A stretch of DNA of 64,000 bases. Source: an uncultured Ignavibacterium sp. GTDB lineage: Bacteria > Bacteroidota > Ignavibacteria > Ignavibacteriales > Ignavibacteriaceae. The stretch is from contig CAZQCC010000004.1 of assembly GCA_964592055.1 (NCBI GenBank), positions 7,162 through 71,161 on the forward strand, read 5' to 3'. Under the pieces are notes generated by a model. That model did no database searches. It saw nothing but the letters and a program-made list of their open reading frames with translations, and had not been told where the DNA came from. The translations under genes and the position numbers were made by a program. This document shows positions 56,588 to 64,000 of this stretch, in pieces. How positions within the stretch are numbered: position 1 is the first letter of the stretch; each line of letters opens with the position of its first letter.

Positions 56588-56602
56588 ACTATTTATGTGC
56601 CA
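56588..56602 (-). promoter_or_regulatory. Sigma54-like candidate with a perfect -24 box (TGGCAC-N5-TAGT)
   Basis: The minus strand reads TGGCACATAAATAGT, about 48 nt upstream of the ATG at 56540. The -12 element is poor. Confidence 0.2.
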
Positions 56603-56763
56603 GAGTTGATAAATAGTAAATATTGCGGGTAATCAGTAGTTTTTCAATTAAAAATCAAAGGAATATAGATTAGACATTCTCGCTAATGGCAATGTTAAAA
56701 ACCCCATTTTAATAATTGAGAATAAGTCTAAATAGTGGTTTGAAAGTCTGCGGTGGATCAGAC

Positions 56764-58119
56764 TCAAATTTTGATGTCTAATTCCTTCAGTTTTCTGTAT
56801 AGTGTTGATAAACCAACTCTTAATGCATCTGCAGTTTTTTCTTTGTTATTATCATTGGTTTCAAGTGCCCGAAGAATGTAATCCCGTTCAAATTTCCTTA
56901 CTGATTCATCAAGAGAGCCATTGAACGAGAAATCATAATCGTCTGTCTTTGGTTTAAATGAAACAGGTAACTCCTGAATTGTTATCATATCGGTTTTACA
57001 AAAAATTACTGCTCTTTCAATAATATTTTCTAGCTCACGAACTTCACCTTTCCACTCATGGTTTAATATTGCTCTCATCGCTTCATTATCAATTCCCTTA
57101 ATGTTTTTGTTTAATTCTTTACGATATTTATTAAGGAAATGATCTGCTAATAAGGGTATATCCTCTTCACGTTCCTTTAATGATGGCAGATGAATATCAA
57201 CTACATTTATTCTATAGAACAGATCTTCTCTAAATCTTCCGGCTTTTACTTCTTCTTCCAAATTGCGATTAGTTGTGGTAATGAATCTGGCATTAACCGG
57301 TAGAGAAATAGTTGTTCCAACAGGAGTATATTCTTTTTCTTGTATAGCTCTCAACAATTTAACCTGCAGCTGCGGTGGCATTTCACTTATCTCATCTAAA
57401 AATAATGTACCGCCATTTGCAGCTTTCATAAATCCGTCTTTATCGGAAATAGCGCCAGTAAAAGCTCCTTTTTTGTGTCCAAACAGTTCACTTTCAATCA
57501 GGTTTTCTGAAATTGCTCCGCAATTAACCGCAATGAATGGCTTATTTTTTCTGTTACTCTTATAGTGTAAGGCACGGGCAACTAATTCCTTTCCTGTTCC
57601 ACTGTTTCCGCTAATGAGAACAGTTGAATCTGTTTCAGCAACTGCATCAATCATCTCATAGATTTTTTTTATGCTTGTACTTTTACCAACTATATTTTCA
57701 AAATCGTATTGTCTGTGTATCTCTTCACGAAGTACCTTGTTTTCTGTTAACAGATCTTTAATTTCAAAAAGGCGTTTTGCTTTTATTAATAATTCATCAA
57801 ATTCAACCGGTTTAAGAATATAATCGCTGGCTCCATTTCTGAGTGCACTAATGGCTGTATCCAATGAGCCAAAAGCAGTAATAATGATCACAGAAGTCTG
57901 GAAGTCTATGGTCTTGATTTTTTCAAGAAGCTCAGTACCTTTCATCAATGGCATTTCAATATCTGTTATTACAAGATCGTAATGATTAGCGATAATTTTT
58001 TCTAATGCGATCTTACCATTTTCAGCTTTATCAACCTGGTATCCTTCCTTTTCAAGTATGTAGAATAGGGAATCTCTGATTATTTCTTCATCATCAACAA
58101 CTAAAATTTTATGAGCCAT
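56764..58119 (-). CDS. Sigma54-dependent response regulator (NtrC family: REC, AAA+, Fis-type HTH)
   Basis: ILVVDDE...LVITDIEMP receiver, Walker A GNSGTGKE, ESELFGH plus the GAFTGA sigma54-contact loop, and a C-terminal HTH. Confidence 0.9.
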   Translation of the reverse strand: MAHKILVVDDEEIIRDSLFYILEKEGYQVDKAENGKIALEKIIANHYDLVITDIEMPLMKGTELLEKIKTIDFQTSVIIITAFGSLDTAISALRNGASDYILKPVEFDELLIKAKRLFEIKDLLTENKVLREEIHRQYDFENIVGKSTSIKKIYEMIDAVAETDSTVLISGNSGTGKELVARALHYKSNRKNKPFIAVNCGAISENLIESELFGHKKGAFTGAISDKDGFMKAANGGTLFLDEISEMPPQLQVKLLRAIQEKEYTPVGTTISLPVNARFITTTNRNLEEEVKAGRFREDLFYRINVVDIHLPSLKEREEDIPLLADHFLNKYRKELNKNIKGIDNEAMRAILNHEWKGEVRELENIIERAVIFCKTDMITIQELPVSFKPKTDDYDFSFNGSLDESVRKFERDYILRALETNDNNKEKTADALRVGLSTLYRKLKELDIKI

Positions 58120-58131
58120 TTTTATCCTGAT

Positions 58132-59556
58132 TTAATTAATAGGTAACTTAATTATGAATGATGTTCCTTCATTCAACTTACTTTTTATTTTTATATCCCC
58201 CTGAAAGCTTTTTACTATTCCATAGCTTACCCATAAGCCTAAACCTGTTCCTTTTCCTTCTTTTTTTGTTGTAAAAAATGGTTCAAAGACTTTATTAAGC
58301 TTGTCCTCCTTAATCCCTATTCCAGTATCAGAAAAAGTTAAAATTACTTCGTTATCTGTACTTTCAGATTTTACAGTGATCTTTTCAACTTTATTGTTTC
58401 TTCGTTTTTCAATAATAGCATCAACCGAGTTTAGCAAGATATTAACAAATACTTGTTGTATCTGATCCGCAATTAAAGGAAGAGGTGGAATGTTCGGGCT
58501 AAGAATTGATTCAAATACAATATCCTGTGCTTTAGTTCCAACTCTAGTTATTTCAACAGCCTCGTTAATAACTTTATTAATATCTGTTAACTCTAACTCA
58601 TAATTTGATGGTCTGGAAAAATCAACGAGATCTCTGATAATTTTAGAAATCCTGGTAACCTGGCTCTTGACCAATCCTAATTTTTCATTCACAAAAGGAT
58701 CAGTAGTAATTCTTTGAGCAACTTGTACTAAAGCAGATATCGATGCCAGCGGATTTCCAACTTCGTGTGCTATCCCTGCAGCTAAGGTACCAATGCTTTC
58801 CATTTTTTGTGTGTGGATCAACTGTCTTTCCAGGGTTCTCTTTTCGGTTAAGTCACGGTGAATTCCAAAATATCCTGAGACTTTGCCATCTTTATCTAAT
58901 ATTGGAGAGACTAGAAGTTGTGTAAAAAACGGTTCACCACTTTTTTTGAGATTTTCTACCTCACCAACCCAAACTTTACCGCTAGAGATCGTATCCCACA
59001 TTTTGTCCCAAAATTTTGTTGAGTTTTTCCCACTTCCAAAAATATTAGGATTCTTACCAATCAATTCTTCTTTTGAATATCCGCTGGCATTTTCAAAAGC
59101 TCTGTTTATGTAAATCATTTTTCCGTTTAGATCAGTTATTTGTAATGGATTCACACTATTCTCAGCAACGTTAAAGAATCTAATAAGATCAATTTCTTTC
59201 TTTTTCTCCCCACTTATATCCCTCGCAGTTACAAGCGTTAGTTTTTCTTTGAATCCTTTACTTTCAAAAGGGACAAATGCTAGTTTTACGTTTATAAAAT
59301 TCTTATTAAAGAACAGTCTTGTTTCTATTTCTCTGGCTTTGCCGGTTTTTATAGATTTGTTAAATAAGTTTTGCGTTTCATTTCTATCGCAAAGCTCAAC
59401 ATAATCAAAAAATATATCGGTCTGGCCATTCTTGATTTCTAATTTTTCACTCGAGACCTTATTAAAGAATCTAATATCTCCTGTATCATTTATTAGAAAA
59501 CACATGTCCGGAAAACCATCAAAAAGAGAAAAATCAAGTGTAATATTTTCGTTCAT
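58132..59556 (-). CDS. Cytoplasmic PAS-domain sensor histidine kinase
   Basis: No TM segments and two PAS-like regions. H-box AAGIAHEVGNPL, with N/G boxes in the HATPase_c domain (DTGIGI, GKGTGLGL). Confidence 0.85.
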   Translation of the reverse strand: MNENITLDFSLFDGFPDMCFLINDTGDIRFFNKVSSEKLEIKNGQTDIFFDYVELCDRNETQNLFNKSIKTGKAREIETRLFFNKNFINVKLAFVPFESKGFKEKLTLVTARDISGEKKKEIDLIRFFNVAENSVNPLQITDLNGKMIYINRAFENASGYSKEELIGKNPNIFGSGKNSTKFWDKMWDTISSGKVWVGEVENLKKSGEPFFTQLLVSPILDKDGKVSGYFGIHRDLTEKRTLERQLIHTQKMESIGTLAAGIAHEVGNPLASISALVQVAQRITTDPFVNEKLGLVKSQVTRISKIIRDLVDFSRPSNYELELTDINKVINEAVEITRVGTKAQDIVFESILSPNIPPLPLIADQIQQVFVNILLNSVDAIIEKRRNNKVEKITVKSESTDNEVILTFSDTGIGIKEDKLNKVFEPFFTTKKEGKGTGLGLWVSYGIVKSFQGDIKIKSKLNEGTSFIIKLPIN

Positions 59557-59680
59557 AGGAGAAAAAAATTATCTTGCAAAAATTATTGCGCTAAAATAAA
59601 CAATCCTTAACCTATAATTAAAGTAAAAATGAAGCTCTTTTTAAACAAATTTGTAAATTTCAAGTAATCAAATAAATATT

Positions 59681-60163
59681 ATGAAAGAATTTCTCCAGAT
59701 AATTAAATACAAGCTAACGTGGCTTAACGTTTTTTTAATTGTAATAACAGTAATCCTATCATTGTATTATTACAAAATTGCAGCTATAACTTTCGTTCTG
59801 TTAAGCAATTTGTATGATATTTTGGGTTATCATTTTACCCTTGTTAGAAGGACAACTCAACTTCCGGAAAAAATAATAATTCGTGCATACAGAATAAATC
59901 AATTATTGTTTGATTTTTTATTACTCGTTTTGATAGGGATGTCATTTGATTGGATTGCTGCTCTTGCTGGCTGGATGATGAAAAATTTTGGATTGCAGGA
60001 TTTATTCTATTACATTTTCTTACAGATGAAACTTCCGGAAAAATGGACCTGGATGAAATGGACTCCGTTAGGTTTCTTCAAAGGTGACTTATCAAAAAAC
60101 GAAATTATTTTACAAACCATAATCGGTGTTGTTATTTCTCTTGTAATATTATTATTAAGATGA
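59681..60163 (+). CDS. Hypothetical membrane protein (4 predicted TM helices)
   Basis: ORF with hydrophobic segments only. No recognisable motif. Confidence 0.35.
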   Translation: MKEFLQIIKYKLTWLNVFLIVITVILSLYYYKIAAITFVLLSNLYDILGYHFTLVRRTTQLPEKIIIRAYRINQLLFDFLLLVLIGMSFDWIAALAGWMMKNFGLQDLFYYIFLQMKLPEKWTWMKWTPLGFFKGDLSKNEIILQTIIGVVISLVILLLR

Positions 60164-60173
60164 TTGAGGAAAA

Positions 60174-60944
60174 ATGAATAAGAAATTAAAAGTCGGATTA
60201 GTACAATATTCTCCCGTGTGGGAAGATAAAACTGCAAATATGTTAAAGATCAAAAACCTAACTGAAAATTCAGGCTCTGTAGATTTACTGATATTTCCTG
60301 AGATGACGTTAACCGGATTCACAATGAAATCAAATCAATTTGCAGAAGAATTGAACGGTGAATCTTTTACTTTTTTTTCTGCTCTTGCTAAGCAAAAAAA
60401 ATGTTCAATAATGTATGGTGTAATAGAAAGGGGGAAAAATAATAATTTTAATGATCTCGTCCATTTGAACAACCAGGGAAAGATCGTTAATGCTTACAGA
60501 AAAATGCATCCTTTCTCCTTTTCAAAGGAAGATAAATATTACGGTAAGGGTAAAGCACTCGTGATCAGCAAGTTAAAAGGTTATGAAATTGGCCTCTCAA
60601 TTTGTTATGATCTTCGCTTTCCGGAACTTTACAGACTTTATGGAAAGGAAAAAGTCCACATCGTTATTGATATTGCCAATTGGCCGGATACCAGGATTGA
60701 ACATTGGCGAACTTTGTTAAAAGCGCGTGCTATTGAAAACCAATGCTATGTAATAGGAGTTAACAGAGTTGGCAATGATCCAAAATTAAAGTACAACGGT
60801 TTTAGTTCAGTTTATGATCCAATGGGAAATGAAATTGCAGCAGTAGAAAATGAAGAAATGGTAGTTGAGGTTGAGATTGATAGAACATTTATTAACGAGA
60901 TCCGAAGAAAACTACCTTTCTTAAATGATATTAGATTGATCTGA
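60174..60944 (+). CDS. Carbon-nitrogen hydrolase family protein (omega-amidase / YafV-like)
   Basis: The Glu-Lys-Cys triad lies in the contexts LIFPEM, YRKMHPF and LSICYDLRFPE. Confidence 0.75.
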   Translation: MNKKLKVGLVQYSPVWEDKTANMLKIKNLTENSGSVDLLIFPEMTLTGFTMKSNQFAEELNGESFTFFSALAKQKKCSIMYGVIERGKNNNFNDLVHLNNQGKIVNAYRKMHPFSFSKEDKYYGKGKALVISKLKGYEIGLSICYDLRFPELYRLYGKEKVHIVIDIANWPDTRIEHWRTLLKARAIENQCYVIGVNRVGNDPKLKYNGFSSVYDPMGNEIAAVENEEMVVEVEIDRTFINEIRRKLPFLNDIRLI

Positions 60945-60986
60945 GCAAGAATTAACTTGGATATTATCTAGCAGGATTAATGGAAG

Positions 60987-61394
60987 CTAAATCTTCTTGG
61001 TCTTGATCATAATTAAATGAATTGAAACACCAGTAGCTATCGCAAACAGAAGTATTTTTATAGGTAAACTTTCGGTTAGCAGAAAGGCAGAAACTGATAT
61101 TGTTATCCAAAGAAAAATTATGTTTATCACTTTGCTCTTAATCGTTAACCCGGTCTTATCCTGATAATTTTTTAAATATACGCCAAGTATTTTGTGATTT
61201 CTTAACCATTCGTTTGCTTTGGGTGAACTTTTAACGAAACATGCAGAAGCTAAAATTAGAAAAATTGTTGTAGGTAAAACTGGTAGAAAGATTCCAATAA
61301 CGCCTATTGCTACTAGCAGAATGCCGCCAACTAAATATGCGTACCTGTAAATCGTTGGTAAAGGTTTTACGTTTATTGCTCGATTTTCTTCCAT
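60987..61394 (-). CDS. YbaN-family (DUF454) inner-membrane protein
   Basis: GVIGIFLPVLPTTIFLILASACFVKSSP signature. Length is 135 aa. Confidence 0.6.
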   Translation of the reverse strand: MEENRAINVKPLPTIYRYAYLVGGILLVAIGVIGIFLPVLPTTIFLILASACFVKSSPKANEWLRNHKILGVYLKNYQDKTGLTIKSKVINIIFLWITISVSAFLLTESLPIKILLFAIATGVSIHLIMIKTKKI

Positions 61395-61562
61395 ACTTGA
61401 ATTTTGATCATTTAATTGAAAGACAAAATAATAATTTTTGAATAAATTGTAGTCAGGTTCTTAATTTTATTTCGTTAGTATGATCATTTGATAAATTACA
61501 TTCAAAATCTGAAAACAAAACAAGCAGATTAATAATTCCATTAACATAAAGATTGATAAAAA

Positions 61563-61961
61563 ATGTTTACCATAAAAAGAAAAATTAATTTTTTTGACTG
61601 CGATCCGGCAGGGATAATTTTTTATTCCCGCATCTTTGAGTTTTGTCATTCTGCATACGAGAGTATGATATCGAGTTTTGAACTTAAAGAAAATTACTGG
61701 ATGAATGAAGACTATGTTGTTCCAATTATTCATTCGGAAAGCGAATATGTTAAGCCGATTAAATACGGCGAGGAAATAAGCATTAATGTTCAAGTCTCAC
61801 AACTCAGGGATTCATCCTTTGAATTAATGTACACGATCAAAAGAGAAAAAACTCTTTGCTGTCACGCTAAAACGGTTCATGTTTTCGTGGATAAAAAAAG
61901 CTGGAAGAAAAAAGAAATGTATAAAGAACTTAAAGAAGGATTTAAGAAACATATTATTTAA
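61563..61961 (+). CDS. Hotdog-fold (4HBT) thioesterase, candidate DHNA-CoA thioesterase
   Basis: FFDCDPAGIIFYSRIF active-site region. It is adjacent and convergent to menE/menA. Confidence 0.55.
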   Translation: MFTIKRKINFFDCDPAGIIFYSRIFEFCHSAYESMISSFELKENYWMNEDYVVPIIHSESEYVKPIKYGEEISINVQVSQLRDSSFELMYTIKREKTLCCHAKTVHVFVDKKSWKKKEMYKELKEGFKKHII

Positions 61962-63372
61962 ACATCTTTTTGATTTTCTCTCTTTCAAATTTGCCAAGAC
62001 TAGTTTTGGGTAAATGATCTGTAAAGTAAAACCTTTTTGGGATTTTATAACCTGCTAACATTTGTTTTAGCGATTCTTTAATTACTTTTTCATCGACCAA
62101 TACACTATCAACTACTAATGCACAAGCTACTATTTGTCCCCACGTTTTATTAGGCTGAGCAAAGACACAAGCTTCTTTAATTCCGTTAATCGTCATAAAA
62201 ACTTTTTCAACTTCAATAGGATTAACATTTTCTCCACCAGTAACTATCAAATCATTTCTTCTGGATTCGATAAATAAATAACCTTCGTTATCGATAAAAC
62301 CTAAATCGCCAGAATGATAAAAACCATCTGCTAATTTATTTAAAGTTTCATTTTCATCTTCAAGATAACATTTAAAATTGCTTTTAGAATTTATCAGAAT
62401 TTCAGAATCAACAGAGATCTTAATCTGCACACCTGGTAAAGGACGCCCAACAGAAGCCGGTTTTGATTTTATCTCTTTTGAAGTTAACGCTGTAATTAAA
62501 GAAGCAGTCTCTGAAGATCCATAAACCCGATATGGTTTCCATCCCATTGCCTCAGACTTTATCATTAAATCATCATCAATAAAACCTCCACCAACAAGCG
62601 AAACCTTTAATGAATTACCAGGAACAATATTTTTTTCAATTAGTCGTTCTAATTGAGGTGATACTAAGGATAAATGAGTTGGGTTTGAAACTGAAATAGA
62701 TTTTACAAGGTCCTCAGTTTGGAATGATTTAGGGATGATTATTTTACTTCCATAATACAAGGAGCGGCAAAGGATCTGAAATCCGCCTATATGGTAAAAG
62801 GGTAGTGAAGCCAGCCAACCATCTTTCTCTTCTTCCTGATTTAAAATTGAGTTTGCATTTTCAATGCTGCCAGTCAGAGAAGAAAACGTGTGAACAACAC
62901 CTTTAGGTTTACCTGTAGATCCGGATGTAAATATAACAACCGCTTCATTTTCTACTCCGGGAATCTCAGTTGTTTCATTATCTGAATTCACAAATTTCTC
63001 ATTGTCTGCGACAATTATTTGTGCTGCAGAACTTATGCGTATATCAATTTCCCTGTCGTCGGAGATGAAGAACTTAAACTTATTATCATCCAGTAAAGAT
63101 GCAATTTCAGAATCAAGCATTCTTGTATTTATCGGTACCGGTACAGCTCCAATTAACCAGAGAGCTATTACTGTTTTGATGAACAAGACCTTATCTTCAA
63201 TGCAGATTACAACATAATCATCCTTTTTTATTTGTGTTGATAAGTATTCTGATAAGTTACAGGCTGATTTGTAAAGATTTGAATATGAAATTTTAGCTTC
63301 TTCAAGCTCAATAGATATCAAATCATTTCTTTTAAAATAATTGAAGAGATTATTTTTAGAGTTATTCCCCAT
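61954..63372 (-). CDS. menE: O-succinylbenzoate-CoA ligase (AMP-binding enzyme)
   Basis: AMP-binding motif FTSGSTGKPKGV and the C-terminal GKFEREK lysine region. Context next to menA. ATG at 63372 is preferred over the TTG at 63396. Confidence 0.6.
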   Translation of the reverse strand: MGNNSKNNLFNYFKRNDLISIELEEAKISYSNLYKSACNLSEYLSTQIKKDDYVVICIEDKVLFIKTVIALWLIGAVPVPINTRMLDSEIASLLDDNKFKFFISDDREIDIRISSAAQIIVADNEKFVNSDNETTEIPGVENEAVVIFTSGSTGKPKGVVHTFSSLTGSIENANSILNQEEEKDGWLASLPFYHIGGFQILCRSLYYGSKIIIPKSFQTEDLVKSISVSNPTHLSLVSPQLERLIEKNIVPGNSLKVSLVGGGFIDDDLMIKSEAMGWKPYRVYGSSETASLITALTSKEIKSKPASVGRPLPGVQIKISVDSEILINSKSNFKCYLEDENETLNKLADGFYHSGDLGFIDNEGYLFIESRRNDLIVTGGENVNPIEVEKVFMTINGIKEACVFAQPNKTWGQIVACALVVDSVLVDEKVIKESLKQMLAGYKIPKRFYFTDHLPKTSLGKFEREKIKKMFK

Positions 63373-63379
63373 TTTAAGA

Positions 63380-64000
63380 TCAGATCGTGCTTTCAAGAAT
63401 TATTCCAGCAGAAAAAAGAAAACCATAAAGAGCAGAAAATTTTGCGGTCAATTCAAGTGTTTTATTCAATTGTGTACCTGTAAATGCGTATAACATTTTA
63501 ACAAGCGTTATTGCCAGCGGTATAGTTATGTATGGTAGAAAGATCAATAAGTTAAAATCATATTTGAAGTGCAGTAAAAAAGGAACAAAGAAAGAGAGCA
63601 GAATAAAAAATATGTACTCAAAACGGGAAAACTCTCTTCCAAGAATAACCGCTAAAGTATTTTTACCAGCCTTTTTATCCTCTTCGATATCACGATAATT
63701 ATTGACTATTAAAATATTAGTTATCAAAGCTCCAACAGGTAAAGAAATTATGAATGACAATGTAGAAAATTCTTTTAAGTGTAAATAGTATGTTCCCACA
63801 GTGCCAACAATTCCAAAAAATATAAAGACGAAAATATCGCCCAATCCATTATATGCAAGAGGAAACGGTCCGGCAGTATAAGCTAATCCAAAAATAATTG
63901 ATAGAATTCCGATCCAAAGAATGATCAAATCAACAGCAAAGACCAGATACAATCCTAATAAAAATGATGATCCAAAAACTAAAACAATTCCAGTTTCCAT
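63380..64000 (-). CDS. menA: 1,4-dihydroxy-2-naphthoate polyprenyltransferase (UbiA family), C-terminal part; gene runs off the window
   Basis: NNYRDIEEDKKAGKNTLAVILG second Asp-rich motif and a polytopic membrane profile. Confidence 0.75.
   Translation of the reverse strand: METGIVLVFGSSFLLGLYLVFAVDLIILWIGILSIIFGLAYTAGPFPLAYNGLGDIFVFIFFGIVGTVGTYYLHLKEFSTLSFIISLPVGALITNILIVNNYRDIEEDKKAGKNTLAVILGREFSRFEYIFFILLSFFVPFLLHFKYDFNLLIFLPYITIPLAITLVKMLYAFTGTQLNKTLELTAKFSALYGFLFSAGIILESTI

Noticed and set aside
61467-61793. 108-aa minus-strand ORF upstream of or overlapping the thioesterase gene.
   Set aside because: It overlaps the motif-bearing 4HBT thioesterase ORF on the other strand and has no recognisable features, so it was judged spurious.

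Overview
This 64-kb window is low-GC chromosomal DNA with about 50 protein-coding genes. I found no rRNA, tRNA, CRISPR array, transposase or integrase. Three signals point to an FCB-group bacterium, probably Ignavibacteria-like. These are type IX secretion (T9SS) C-terminal sorting domains, TAnnTTTG -7 promoter boxes and abundant multihaem cytochromes. This taxonomic call is an inference; no search was possible. All family calls come from motifs read in the supplied translations, not from database hits.

Gene content in order:
- an OMP fragment, a PH-domain membrane protein, an M19 dipeptidase, a DUF853/HerA-like NTPase and MscS;
- a DUF3078 OMP and a Wzi-like barrel;
- a 9-haem cytochrome with a T9SS tail;
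- a SpoVG-like protein, an M16 peptidase and an OmpA/TSP3 protein;
- a TolC-MFP-RND efflux operon;
- GlcD-like and GlcF-like oxidase subunits plus a family III CoA-transferase;
- LysA, then a peptidoglycan-recycling cluster (amidase-NamZ fusion, NhaC, BadF-type sugar kinase, AmpG);
- Dcp;
- a TetR-TolC-HlyD-ABC2-ABC2 operon with no ATPase;
- an NlpC/P60 peptidase, a transglutaminase-like protein, an HGSNAT-like acyltransferase, a lipocalin and AbgT;
- a VIT-vWA protein plus a second vWA protein;
- a VanX-type dipeptidase;
- a nitrilase-family hydrolase, YbaN and menaquinone genes (thioesterase, menE, menA).

The most interesting locus is a minus-strand operon at 51779-55912. It encodes a monohaem cytochrome c, a 13-haem c-domain fused to a dihaem cytochrome b (CbcL-like), and a 3-TM, 7-haem protein (ImcH-like). 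Directly upstream lie a PAS histidine kinase, a sigma54-dependent response regulator and an orphan degenerate receiver.

Other items worth a second look:
- a structured terminator-bearing intergenic RNA element at 15298-15371;
- families of intergenic hairpin repeats;
- a T9SS-CTD-like domain stranded in the middle of the dipeptidase;
- a decayed pntA/ald-type gene remnant.
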